Of a stretch of DNA of 64,000 bases, positions 55,710-64,000 are shown in pieces; within the stretch, counting starts at the first letter, position 1, and each line of letters starts with the position of its first letter. Source of the stretch: Acidobacteriota bacterium (lineage in GTDB: Bacteria; Acidobacteriota; UBA6911). Both the position numbers and the translations under genes were made by a program. Where the stretch lies: NCBI GenBank assembly GCA_016933615.1, contig JAFGAO010000027.1:66862-130861 (forward strand). Reading direction: 5' to 3'. The notes below the pieces were generated by a model that saw only the letters and a list, made by a program, of their open reading frames with translations, was not told the DNA's origin and did no database searches.

Positions 55710-56882
55710 CTAGTATTCCTCCACCAGGCGCAGGTAGTTCATGAAATTGAATTCAATTTCACGGATCGAGTCCCCGCCGAATTTTTCCAGAAACGCGTCG
55801 GCAAGGACGTATCCCAGCATGGCCTCACCCACAACTCCCGCCGCCGGCACCACGCAGCTATCGCTTCTTTCAGTAGCCGCGGCCGATTCCCGTTTTGTGG
55901 CGACATCTATGGATCTGAGGGGTTTGCGAAGGGTCGGGATCGGTTTCAGATAAAGCCGGACCCGGATGTCTTCCCCGTTGCTGATTCCCCCCTCGACGCC
56001 CCCGGCCCTGTTGGTCGGGTGGTGAAAACGTTTTTCGCGCGCATCGTAAATAATTTCGTCATGTACGGCGGATCCCGGGCTGCGGGAAGCGGCAAAAGCC
56101 CAGCCCAGCTCCAGCCCTTTAGCCGAGGGAATGCTCAACATCGCCTGGGCGATGCGTCCGTCCAGCTTGCGATCCCATTGAACGTGAGAACCAAGGCCCG
56201 CCGGAACCCCGACAGCAACGATCTCAGCCTCCCCCCCCAGAGTATCGCCCGATTCTTTCGAAGCCGCGATCGCTGAGGTCATCCGCGCGGAGGCTTCGGG
56301 ATCGGCACATCGAATGGAGGACTCCGGATCTATTTCCAGTATCTCGGATCCTTTCAATTCCTGGAATTTATCGGCAATGCGGACATTTCCTACGGCCGTC
56401 ACGTGGCTCGCGATTTGTATGCCGAAATGCATCAGCAGGATGCGGCACAAGGCGCCCACGGCGACCCGTGAAGCGGTTTCGCGGGCACTGGCGCGTTCCA
56501 GGATGTCCCGGATGTCGGCAGCCTGGTATTTCAGAGCGCCGGCCAGATCCGCATGTCCCGGACGAGGCCTCGTAACGGAACGGGTGTCGGCGCTTGCGGA
56601 CACCGGCTGCGCACTCATTGCTACCTGCCATTGCGCCCAGTCCCTGTTTTCAATCAAAAAAGACACCGGGCTGCCGAGGGTTTTTCCGTGCCGTATTCCC
56701 GACAGTATCTGAATCCGGTCCCGCTCGATTTTCATTCGCTCGCCGCGCCCGAAACCAAGCTGCCGCCGGCGGAGCTGGAAATTGATGAATTCCTCGTCGA
56801 TGGCCAGCCCGCCCGGAAGTCCTTCGACAACAGCCACAAGCGATTTGCCGTGCGATTCGCCCGCCGTCAAAAAGCGGAGCAT
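55710..56882 (-). CDS. aroC: Chorismate synthase
   Basis: FLTAGESHGKSLVAVVEGLPGGL...GRSSARETA... is present. The internal ATG 56882 (MLRF) matches the AroC N-terminus, although the ORF runs upstream to 56987. Confidence 0.9.
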   Translation of the reverse strand: MLRFLTAGESHGKSLVAVVEGLPGGLAIDEEFINFQLRRRQLGFGRGERMKIERDRIQILSGIRHGKTLGSPVSFLIENRDWAQWQVAMSAQPVSASADTRSVTRPRPGHADLAGALKYQAADIRDILERASARETASRVAVGALCRILLMHFGIQIASHVTAVGNVRIADKFQELKGSEILEIDPESSIRCADPEASARMTSAIAASKESGDTLGGEAEIVAVGVPAGLGSHVQWDRKLDGRIAQAMLSIPSAKGLELGWAFAASRSPGSAVHDEIIYDAREKRFHHPTNRAGGVEGGISNGEDIRVRLYLKPIPTLRKPLRSIDVATKRESAAATERSDSCVVPAAGVVGEAMLGYVLADAFLEKFGGDSIREIEFNFMNYLRLVEEY

Positions 56883-57063
56883 GGTATCCCCTTTCCTTTG
56901 GAAGGCCGCATAACTGCATGCTGGCGTTTCGTGGTGGATCCCTTCCCGACAACAAAATAATGAACCACACATTCTTTCCCTTTGCAAACGGCAAGTTATT
57001 CCCTATTTGCCCTTGACTTGACAAAGTTGAGCCCAATAAACTTGCCGTGGTAAGTCAACGGTT

Positions 57064-57870
57064 ATGAACAACATCCTAAAGAACCTCGCCGAAGCCCCTT
57101 TTCGCTTTGCAGCCAAGGCAACCTGGGAAATCCAGGACTTCACCCTTCTTTCCCTCCGGTCGATAGCGAATCTTTTCACGCGCCCTGTCTATTGGGGCGA
57201 GATACTCCTGCAGATGGACCGTGTGGGGATCGGATCCCTGACTATTGTGATCCTGACCGGTTTCTTTACCGGGGCCGTACTTGCGATCCAGTCCGAGGGG
57301 GTTCTCAGAACCTACGGCGCCGTAAGCATGACGGGCCAGCTGGTGTCCCTGACGCTGATCCGGGAACTGGGTCCTGTCCTTTCGGCCCTGATGCTTGCGG
57401 GAAGAATGGGTTCCGGAATCGCTTCCGAACTCGGATCCATGGTTGTTTCCGAACAGATCAGCGCAATGCGCGCCCTGGGTACGGATCCGACAAGGCGGCT
57501 GGTGACTCCTCGAATGATTTCCATGGTCCTGATGCTGCCCCTGCTCACCATTGTCTGCGATGCCGTGGGGATGTGCGGGGGATGGATCATCGCGGCCTAC
57601 AAACTGCTCATAAGCTCCAACCAGTACTGGACGGACGCAATGAACGCGATCCAGCTTTCCGATGTCGTCGGCACCCTAATCAAGCCCGTGGTGTTCGGTT
57701 TTACCATTGCCATGATCGGATGTTACATAGGCCTGCGAACGCAGGGAGGCACCGAAGGGGTCGGCAAATCCACAACCCTGGCCGTTGTCGGCAGCTCCAT
57801 TCTGGTGATCGCGGCCGACTTTTTCTTAAACAATCTCCTCATATATCTGGCGCCTTATATCAATTCATGA
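57064..57870 (+). CDS. mlaE: Phospholipid ABC transporter permease MlaE
   Basis: This is a 268 aa, 5-TM MlaE-type permease (TM motifs include LVSLTLIRELGPVLSALMLAGRMGS). It has an ATGA overlap with mlaF. Confidence 0.85.
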   Translation: MNNILKNLAEAPFRFAAKATWEIQDFTLLSLRSIANLFTRPVYWGEILLQMDRVGIGSLTIVILTGFFTGAVLAIQSEGVLRTYGAVSMTGQLVSLTLIRELGPVLSALMLAGRMGSGIASELGSMVVSEQISAMRALGTDPTRRLVTPRMISMVLMLPLLTIVCDAVGMCGGWIIAAYKLLISSNQYWTDAMNAIQLSDVVGTLIKPVVFGFTIAMIGCYIGLRTQGGTEGVGKSTTLAVVGSSILVIAADFFLNNLLIYLAPYINS

Positions 57871-58658
57871 TCGAATTTCAGGACGTGACCAAAACATTCG
57901 ACGAAGAGACCGTGCTCAGGAATGTCAGTTTCCGTGTACGGCGGGGAGAAACACTGATTATCCTGGGCGAGAGCGGTTCGGGAAAATCAACCGTTCTGAA
58001 ACTGATTCTTGGTTTGATCAAACCGGATTCAGGCAGGATTGTTATCGAAGGCCGCGACATAACGGACCTGTCCGAGCGGGAACTCGTATCGATTCGCAGA
58101 AACATCGGAATGGTTTTTCAGGAGGGAGCGCTCTTTGACTCCCTGCCCGTCAGGGACAATGTCGGCTACAGGCTTTACGAAGAGGGCGCCCTGGAGGAAG
58201 AGGAAGTCGATTCCGAGGTACTGAAGCATTTGGGATTTGTGGGACTGGAGGAAGCGGTCGACAAAATGCCCTCAGAACTTTCGGGAGGCATGAAGCGGCG
58301 GGTCGGCATCGCCCGGGCCCTTGTCGGCAATCCCGAAATTATCCTGTACGATGAACCCACGGCGGGTCTGGACCCGATAACCAAAAGGACTATCGTGGAG
58401 CTGATGATTAAACTGCGCGACATGGAAGGGGTGACTACCATCTTTGTCACCCACGATCTGCATGCCGCTTCCATGATTGCGACCGAATATGCGGCATCCA
58501 CCGGAGACGGCCACATCGACTATAAATCCGGTGTTGCGCCCGGCGCTGTCCCGTCGATTCATTTTATTATGCTTCTGGACGGCGGCATCTGTTTCCATGG
58601 CGGATACAGGGAATTGGCCGCTTCCGAAGTGCCCTACGTGCAGTCATTTGTAAAATAA
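57867..58658 (+). CDS. mlaF: Phospholipid ABC transporter ATP-binding protein MlaF
   Basis: Walker A (GESGSGKST), the signature (LSGGMKRRVGIARAL) and Walker B (ILYDEPTAGLD) are present. Confidence 0.85.
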   Translation: MIEFQDVTKTFDEETVLRNVSFRVRRGETLIILGESGSGKSTVLKLILGLIKPDSGRIVIEGRDITDLSERELVSIRRNIGMVFQEGALFDSLPVRDNVGYRLYEEGALEEEEVDSEVLKHLGFVGLEEAVDKMPSELSGGMKRRVGIARALVGNPEIILYDEPTAGLDPITKRTIVELMIKLRDMEGVTTIFVTHDLHAASMIATEYAASTGDGHIDYKSGVAPGAVPSIHFIMLLDGGICFHGGYRELAASEVPYVQSFVK

Positions 58659-58754
58659 ATTCGTTGCCCGGAAATAAGGAGGATCCTGCCGGCCGCCAGA
58701 GATGTATGATGGAAACCGGCGCCAGATCGACTCCGTGCGGCGTAAAGGAACCGT

Positions 58755-59978
58755 ATGCCTAAGAAAAAACAGGTACAACTGGCCCAGATGAAACTTGGGA
58801 TATTCGTCATCATTGCGTTTATTCTTCTGTCGCTATTGATTCTGCAGCAGAGCTGGGGAATCAACTGGTTTTCCGACTCCACCAAAATCATCACATACCT
58901 GACCGACGTCGGCGGGCTGAAGCCGGGATCCCCGGTATGGCTGGCCGGAATGGAAATAGGAAAAGTCCGCAGGATCAGCCTTATTCCCCCTGAATCCTAT
59001 CCGGAGAACACGGCGATTCTCGGCCAGATCGAGAAGATTAAGAAAAGGATTGAAGCCCTGGACGCAAAAATCCCATCCGACTTGCAGATTGCGGAAAACC
59101 TGCAGAATGACATCCGGAACCTTCAGGAGAACCTGCGGCTCGTGGAAGTCAAGATGGACATCCGCATGCAGTACCTGGACAGGATCGGCCCCGATTCCGA
59201 TGTCAGCATTGCCTCCCGCGGACTGATAGGAGACTCCTTTATCGACATTTCCCCGGGAATTTCGAAAGAGCTCCCGCCCCGCACGGGGGAATATTATTTT
59301 ATCCAGAGCATCCAGCAGCCCGGATTCCGGGAGATCATGACCGGCGCCAACGATGTGATTGCGAATTTCGGAGTGCTGTCCAAGCGGGTCCAGGATATTG
59401 CCGAAAGAATAATCCCGGAAAATATCGGAACCGACATCTCCGACACCGTTCATGCCCTGCACGAAACAATCTCCGCGGCGGAAAAAGCCTTCTCCCGGGC
59501 GACCGTTCTCATTGACGAACTGCATTCCGGCCAGGGCACATTCGGCAAAATCGTCAGCGACCCCACGGTCTACACCCGTTTGACCGAGGCATTGGAAAAA
59601 TTCAGCGCAATTGCGGAAAATATCCAGAACGGCGACGGCACCGTATCGAAACTCATCCATGATCCGGCGCTGTACGACTCGGCGCGTTCCGCCGTGGGCA
59701 AAACCGAAACAATCGTGGGCAGGATGGAGAAGGGGGAAGGGACGCTCGGGAAGCTCTCGACCGACGAGGCCCTCTATGAAAGAAGCAGGCGGGCGCTTGA
59801 AAGCTTCGCTTCCCTCGTTGAAGAGATTGAACAGGGCCAGGGAACATTGGGCAAGCTTTTAAAGGATCCCGGGCTATACAACAACCTCGAACAATCTTCC
59901 TCGGAAATCAGCAAGCTTCTCTATGATCTGCGGCAGGATCCCAGGAAATACATGACCATACGCGTACGCTTGTTTTGA
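58755..59978 (+). CDS. mlaD: MCE-family protein MlaD with extended C-terminal coiled-coil region
   Basis: It has an N-terminal TM segment, an MCE domain (TDVGGLKPGSPVWLAGMEIGKV), and about 250 aa of repeated GTLGK/GTFGK helical repeats. AAGGA lies upstream of ATG 58755. Confidence 0.8.
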   Translation: MPKKKQVQLAQMKLGIFVIIAFILLSLLILQQSWGINWFSDSTKIITYLTDVGGLKPGSPVWLAGMEIGKVRRISLIPPESYPENTAILGQIEKIKKRIEALDAKIPSDLQIAENLQNDIRNLQENLRLVEVKMDIRMQYLDRIGPDSDVSIASRGLIGDSFIDISPGISKELPPRTGEYYFIQSIQQPGFREIMTGANDVIANFGVLSKRVQDIAERIIPENIGTDISDTVHALHETISAAEKAFSRATVLIDELHSGQGTFGKIVSDPTVYTRLTEALEKFSAIAENIQNGDGTVSKLIHDPALYDSARSAVGKTETIVGRMEKGEGTLGKLSTDEALYERSRRALESFASLVEEIEQGQGTLGKLLKDPGLYNNLEQSSSEISKLLYDLRQDPRKYMTIRVRLF

Positions 59979-60015
59979 TCTTGACAAGAATTTTGAATCT
60001 GTCTAGCCTTACGCC

Positions 60016-60618
60016 ATGTTAAGCAACTGGATCGGACGCGGCGGCAAATTCATCCTGAATAAAATTGTCAGGCTCCTGACTCTTTTAAAAATAAATCCCA
60101 ACATAATCACCTTTACAGGCGTCCTGATCAGTCTCTGGGCTGCGTTTGAGTTCGGCTACGGAAGTTTGCGCAAGGGGGGGCTGATTATCATCCTTGCGGG
60201 ACTTTTCGACATGCTCGACGGGGAAGTCGCCAGGGTCAGCCGGACCGAAACGCGGTTTGGCGCGTTTTACGACTCGGTGATCGACCGTTACTCGGATATT
60301 ATCATCCTACAGGGTTTGCTGGTTTATTACGCACGGCATCAAATGCTGGGATACATCGTTCTTGTGGGCGTCGTAATCATGGGAGCGGTTTTGACCAGTT
60401 ACACCAGGGCCAGGGCCGAATCCCTGATTCTGCGCTGCAAAGTCGGATTTATGGAGCGTCCAGAAAGGATCGTACTGCTGATCATCGGCGGGCTGGCAAA
60501 CCGCATGGAAGCGGTTCTGTGGATCCTGGCGATCCTGGGAAACTGGACCGTGATAAGCCGTATTTATTATACGTGGAAAGAGCTTCCGAAACCGACCCCC
60601 CCGGCGCGCACCTCATAA
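60016..60618 (+). CDS. CDP-alcohol phosphatidyltransferase family protein
   Basis: The signature D-G-x2-A-R-x8-G-x3-D-x3-D (DMLDGEVARVSRTETRFGAFYDSVIDRYSD) is present in a 200 aa polytopic protein. Confidence 0.75.
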   Translation: MLSNWIGRGGKFILNKIVRLLTLLKINPNIITFTGVLISLWAAFEFGYGSLRKGGLIIILAGLFDMLDGEVARVSRTETRFGAFYDSVIDRYSDIIILQGLLVYYARHQMLGYIVLVGVVIMGAVLTSYTRARAESLILRCKVGFMERPERIVLLIIGGLANRMEAVLWILAILGNWTVISRIYYTWKELPKPTPPARTS

Positions 60619-60706
60619 TCTTTTCAAAAGAGCGCAATCGGGATTTCCCGGCAGAGCTCTCTTTATGGTAAGGGTGCCGGCCTCCGCATGCCGTAGGTCA
60701 TGCAGC

Positions 60707-61438
60707 CTAGTTTATCCTCAAAATATCCGTATCCCGGGGGAGCCTCTGCTCGAAAATTGAATCGTCTATTTTTTCATTCAGTTTTTCATCGGAGAAAATC
60801 ACCAGAATATAGTCTTCGAATGGCTCCACCATCCGGATCTGTTTGGAAACGCCGGTGGCTTCGTCGATCCAGACCGTGATGGAAGAAAAAATGGAAGCGA
60901 CTTGGGGATCTCTCGGCTTCAGTTCAAGAACGGAACATGCGCTGCCGTTCACGAATCCTTGCCCTTGGTAGGATATTTGAAAAGTTTTTTCGAGATCCGC
61001 AGGGGACTGGCCGATTCCAAGCGCCAGGTACTCGGCCTTGTCCTTGTGCTTTCCCAATTTGTAGGCACTCGCCGATTTAAGTTTAGGCTGGTAGACGAGC
61101 GCTTGGTCCTCCCTGACAATGGTGATTTTTTCCGCAGGATCGGTAATTTCCTCCCGAATAAGCGCGGAACCGTTCCCGGCCCGCTTGTAAAAGAATTTCC
61201 CGCTCTCCGGAGGATCGAACTCTTCGAGGACTGCCGTGTAGGTTTTTTTGACGATGTCCGCGGAGAAGCTGCGGAAATTTCCGCTGGACCGTTCCATGAG
61301 CCTCAAAACCGATTCCAGTTTTTCCGCATCCCCGTCCTGCGCACCCGGCAGCGCGGGAAGCGGCATCAGGAGCCAAAGGAAAACGGCGGCGATTCCGCAA
61401 ACGGCACCCCGCCCGGATACCCGGCTATTGGGCTTCAT
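60707..61438 (-). CDS. LolA-like outer-membrane lipoprotein-sorting family protein (periplasmic, signal peptide)
   Basis: ATG 61438 (MKPNSRVS...) starts a signal peptide that precedes a beta-rich domain. The gene lies next to the LolDE-like ABC genes. The longer ORF that runs to 61639 has an implausible Ser/Arg-rich N-terminus. This family call is tentative. Confidence 0.5.
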   Translation of the reverse strand: MKPNSRVSGRGAVCGIAAVFLWLLMPLPALPGAQDGDAEKLESVLRLMERSSGNFRSFSADIVKKTYTAVLEEFDPPESGKFFYKRAGNGSALIREEITDPAEKITIVREDQALVYQPKLKSASAYKLGKHKDKAEYLALGIGQSPADLEKTFQISYQGQGFVNGSACSVLELKPRDPQVASIFSSITVWIDEATGVSKQIRMVEPFEDYILVIFSDEKLNEKIDDSIFEQRLPRDTDILRIN

Positions 61439-61658
61439 GATATGAATTCTCCGGGTCTGGAACCGTTCCGGCCGGCGGGGAGACCTGGGAGGGCTGATTC
61501 GGGAGCTTTGTTGCGGCTGGTTGTTTTCTGTGGAAACAGCTGGAAGGAACGAAAAAAATAAAGGCCAGGATAAGGATACAGATGATGTCGTATGGGAGCG
61601 TTCCCCGCTCGTACGTCCAGATGAAAATCTTTTGTGCAATCGAACTGGATTTATTCAT
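61425..61658 (-). CDS. Possible small membrane protein (77 aa), doubtful
   Basis: The ORF has one strong TM helix ([14 protein letters not shown]). It overlaps the lolD-like stop by 8 nt and the LolA-like start by 14 nt. Confidence 0.2.
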   Translation of the reverse strand: MNKSSSIAQKIFIWTYERGTLPYDIICILILAFIFFVPSSCFHRKQPAATKLPNQPSQVSPPAGTVPDPENSYHEAQ

Positions 61659-62391
61659 GAACGCTGATAGCGGTTCTTAATTCCGATTCGTACTCGAATT
61701 TGGAAATGGGAGTATGAATCTGCCCGTCCTTCATCTCTATGACACGACTGGCGGTGGAGGCCGCCTCGGAATCGTGTGTAATCATGATAATGGTCTGTTC
61801 CAGTTTTTCATTGAGATCCCGTAGTTTCTTAAGAACCGTATGGGCGTTTTTCGAATCCAGGCTTCCGGTCGGCTCATCGGCCAGAATGATAGACGGCTGG
61901 TTGATCAGGGCGCGCGCTATCGCAACCCGCTGCTGTTCTCCTCCGGAAAGTTCGGCGGGACGGGAGTTTATCTTGCCTCTCAGCCCCAGCATCTCAACGA
62001 TCTCGCCGATACCGTTGCGGCCCAGAGAGCCGTTCCCGTGTATTTTCTTGGCGAGTTCGATATTCCCTTTTGCCGACAGCGTCGGTAAAAGATTGAACCG
62101 CTGAAAGACAAAACCGATTTTCCTCCGTCGTACGGCGGTTCTCTCCGAATCCGTGAGAGTGGAAATGTCTATTCCGTCAATCAGTATCCTTCCGCTGGTC
62201 GGCTTCATGAGCCCGCCCAGGAGGTGAAGAAGGGTCGATTTGCCGCATCCGGACGGCCCCATGATGGCGATGAACTCCCCCTTCTCGACCCTGAAGCTGA
62301 CGTTCTTCAGCGCCGGCACCTCTATATTCCCGGAGCGGTAGGTCATGCTCAGGTTTTTGGCTTCGATGGTCCTGTCTGGAAATTTTTCCAT
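61651..62391 (-). CDS. ABC transporter ATP-binding protein, LolD/MacB-type
   Basis: Walker A ([11 protein letters not shown]), the signature ([15 protein letters not shown]) and Walker B ([11 protein letters not shown]) are present. Confidence 0.8.
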   Translation of the reverse strand: MEKFPDRTIEAKNLSMTYRSGNIEVPALKNVSFRVEKGEFIAIMGPSGCGKSTLLHLLGGLMKPTSGRILIDGIDISTLTDSERTAVRRRKIGFVFQRFNLLPTLSAKGNIELAKKIHGNGSLGRNGIGEIVEMLGLRGKINSRPAELSGGEQQRVAIARALINQPSIILADEPTGSLDSKNAHTVLKKLRDLNEKLEQTIIMITHDSEAASTASRVIEMKDGQIHTPISKFEYESELRTAISVHE

Positions 62392-62407
62392 AGTGAATAA
62401 TTATTTC

Positions 62408-63499
62408 CTACTCATAGCTTAACGCGCGCACAGGGTCCATTTTTGCCGCTTTGTAGGCAGGGTAAATGGCTCCCAGGATTCCGGCCAGCACTCCCAAAAC
62501 CAAACCGATCGTCAACTCCCTCGGTCCCATGGCTACCTGCAGGAGCGGAAATTGCTTCATGATCAACCCCCGTATAATCTCACTGATTCCGATTCCCACG
62601 ACAGCGCCCAAGCAGCATATGATAGCAGATTCTTTCATGATTATTCCAACTATAAATCCGCGCGACGCCCCGAGAGATTTTAATATCCCTATTTCCCTGG
62701 TGCGCTCGAAAATGGTCGTGTACATGGCAAGCAGAATGACCATGAAGCTGAGAAGCATGGAAATCGCCACAATCGTGATGCGGAATTCCTTCAGCCCCGG
62801 CAGGTGCATGTTCGCCAGAAGCGATTTGGGATCATCGGAGCGCATGATCGAATAACCGGGGAAAGCTTCTTCCAGCAGCGATTGAATCCGATCCAGGTCC
62901 GCTCCGGAATCCGCTTTGATGAACATCATACTTACCTTGCCCGGGGATCCGTTCAGTTCCTGCAGCGTCTCCAGAGGCAGAAAAATCCGCACGGCCGTTC
63001 CGGGCCGGCAGACGCCCGTGACGGTGAATTCATGATCGCCCTGCAGCGTGTGGGCCATGCCGGGCTTCAGCCGGTTAGCGTCGGCATAATATTTATCGAC
63101 AACGACCTCGAAACCCCGCAAGGAACCGGAGCCGTCTATGATTTTAAGTCCCCCGGGAAATTCATTGAAGCTCGCCGGATCTATTCCGAATACCACCCCC
63201 AGTTTTTCGGCCTTCGCGAGAACCGGAGACACTATCTGTACTCCGGGCACCTGCCGTATTTTCTCGGCAAGCTTGGTGTTCAGGTTTGCGGAACTGAAAG
63301 CGAACAGGGCCGTAGCGCCTTCCTTCTGCAGGATGAAATCGGATCCGATGGATATGGTGCGGTTCAGGTAATCATTCAATGTTCCCGTGGTTATCCCGCC
63401 GATGACTAAAAGAAGAACCACGCCCAGGGCGACGGCGAGAACACTGATGGCGGCGCGCGTAGGGCGGGATCTGATGTTGGACGCAATAAGGTTTTCCAT
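62408..63499 (-). CDS. ABC transporter permease, FtsX-like (LolC/LolE/MacB type)
   Basis: It has an N-terminal TM helix, a large periplasmic domain and a C-terminal 3-TM FtsX domain, in 363 aa. Confidence 0.8.
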   Translation of the reverse strand: MENLIASNIRSRPTRAAISVLAVALGVVLLLVIGGITTGTLNDYLNRTISIGSDFILQKEGATALFAFSSANLNTKLAEKIRQVPGVQIVSPVLAKAEKLGVVFGIDPASFNEFPGGLKIIDGSGSLRGFEVVVDKYYADANRLKPGMAHTLQGDHEFTVTGVCRPGTAVRIFLPLETLQELNGSPGKVSMMFIKADSGADLDRIQSLLEEAFPGYSIMRSDDPKSLLANMHLPGLKEFRITIVAISMLLSFMVILLAMYTTIFERTREIGILKSLGASRGFIVGIIMKESAIICCLGAVVGIGISEIIRGLIMKQFPLLQVAMGPRELTIGLVLGVLAGILGAIYPAYKAAKMDPVRALSYE

Positions 63500-63521
63500 C
63501 TAAGAAGACTGGCTCCATTTT

Positions 63522-64000
63522 TTATTTGAAACGTATTACCTTTACACCGGAAACGGGCTCCAGACTGAAGGTATCATCCTTGAAGTCGGGATTCACCGAC
63601 CAGTCGCTGAATTCCAGATCAAGAGTATACCCATCCTGGGGACGTTCAATATGAATTTTCTCCGGTAATGGAAATCTATCGATTTGCACCGGCTCCGTGT
63701 AAGCGATATCTCCCAGAACCCGACCCTCCTCATCAAAGGTCCTCTGGCTCGAAATCGTCAGCCCGGCCCGTTCGATTTTGAATTCCCTCAGAGGACGGAT
63801 GCGAGGGGAGGAATCAAGACGAGAAACCCTCAGAACGTAGTATTTTGCCTGCGAATCCTCTTCTTCGGTCTTTTCGAAGCGGATGGCGGGATTATCCAGA
63901 GGAATTGGTTCGGGCAGGATGGCTTCGATAATATGACCGGCGCGTATGGGAATCTCAGGGTTTTCCTCCAGTTCATCCGAAATCAATTCCTTGGAGCTGT
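63522..64000 (-). CDS. Partial (C-terminal) protein of unknown function, possibly LolA/LolB-like lipoprotein-sorting family; the 5' end lies beyond the window
   Basis: The ORF remains open to the window edge. The listed M at 63986 is an internal TTG. The protein is hydrophilic, beta-rich and acidic, and sits upstream of the LolDE-like genes. Confidence 0.4.
   Translation of the reverse strand, partial: SSKELISDELEENPEIPIRAGHIIEAILPEPIPLDNPAIRFEKTEEEDSQAKYYVLRVSRLDSSPRIRPLREFKIERAGLTISSQRTFDEEGRVLGDIAYTEPVQIDRFPLPEKIHIERPQDGYTLDLEFSDWSVNPDFKDDTFSLEPVSGVKVIRFK

Noticed and set aside
1-64000. CRISPR arrays, tRNA/rRNA genes, IS elements, integrases and phage genes
   Set aside because: I scanned all intergenic regions of 90 bp or more by eye. 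I saw no direct-repeat array, no tRNA-like cloverleaf signature such as GTTCGAATC-type T-arms, no transposase or integrase-like ORFs, and no terminal inverted repeats.

Overview
This is a 64 kb high-GC (about 58-60%) chromosomal segment from a Gram-negative bacterium. The gene content (BamD, MlaEFD, LolCDE-like, LpxL, PilT) is deltaproteobacteria- or Acidobacteria-like. It is densely packed with conserved housekeeping genes. From start to end these are: the 5' end of a substrate-binding lipoprotein gene, rimI-tsaB, mutS, an ArnT-like/flippase-like/GT2/YqeC-like operon, a TrmH-family methyltransferase, rarA, uppP, hisG, guaA, dnaE, mutL, hisS, lpxL-like, a TPR protein, PfkB kinase-mtnP, hemW, a nicotinamidase-like protein-PfkB kinase, radC, fabG, pilT, recX-alaS, an SLT lytic transglycosylase, amiC-like-unknown-crp, pabBC-ftsY-birA-valS, a response regulator, bamD, rpe-rsmB-fmt-def, aroC, mlaEFD plus a CDP-alcohol phosphatidyltransferase, and a LolCDE-like exporter flanked by LolA-like genes. 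I found no rRNA, tRNA, CRISPR array, IS element or integrase. The candidates for undescribed biology are as follows. First, a lower-GC two-gene cassette of unknown function (21417-23178) sits between hisS and lpxL. Second, a four-gene, translationally coupled GT-C glycosylation module (ArnT-like GT83, UPF0104 flippase-like, GT2 polyprenyl-phosphate sugar synthase-like) ends in an orphan YqeC-like P-loop gene. Third, an amiC-like amidase is translationally coupled to an uncharacterised secreted, membrane-anchored protein and a Crp/Fnr regulator, and is preceded by a near-consensus promoter that would make the amidase mRNA leaderless. Fourth, a 465 bp noncoding gap upstream of mtnP holds a promoter-like element and a perfect 9 bp stem hairpin beside the start codon. 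Fifth, guaA has no canonical start codon in frame with its conserved N-terminus. All calls are from reading the ORF translations and DNA by eye. No database search was run.
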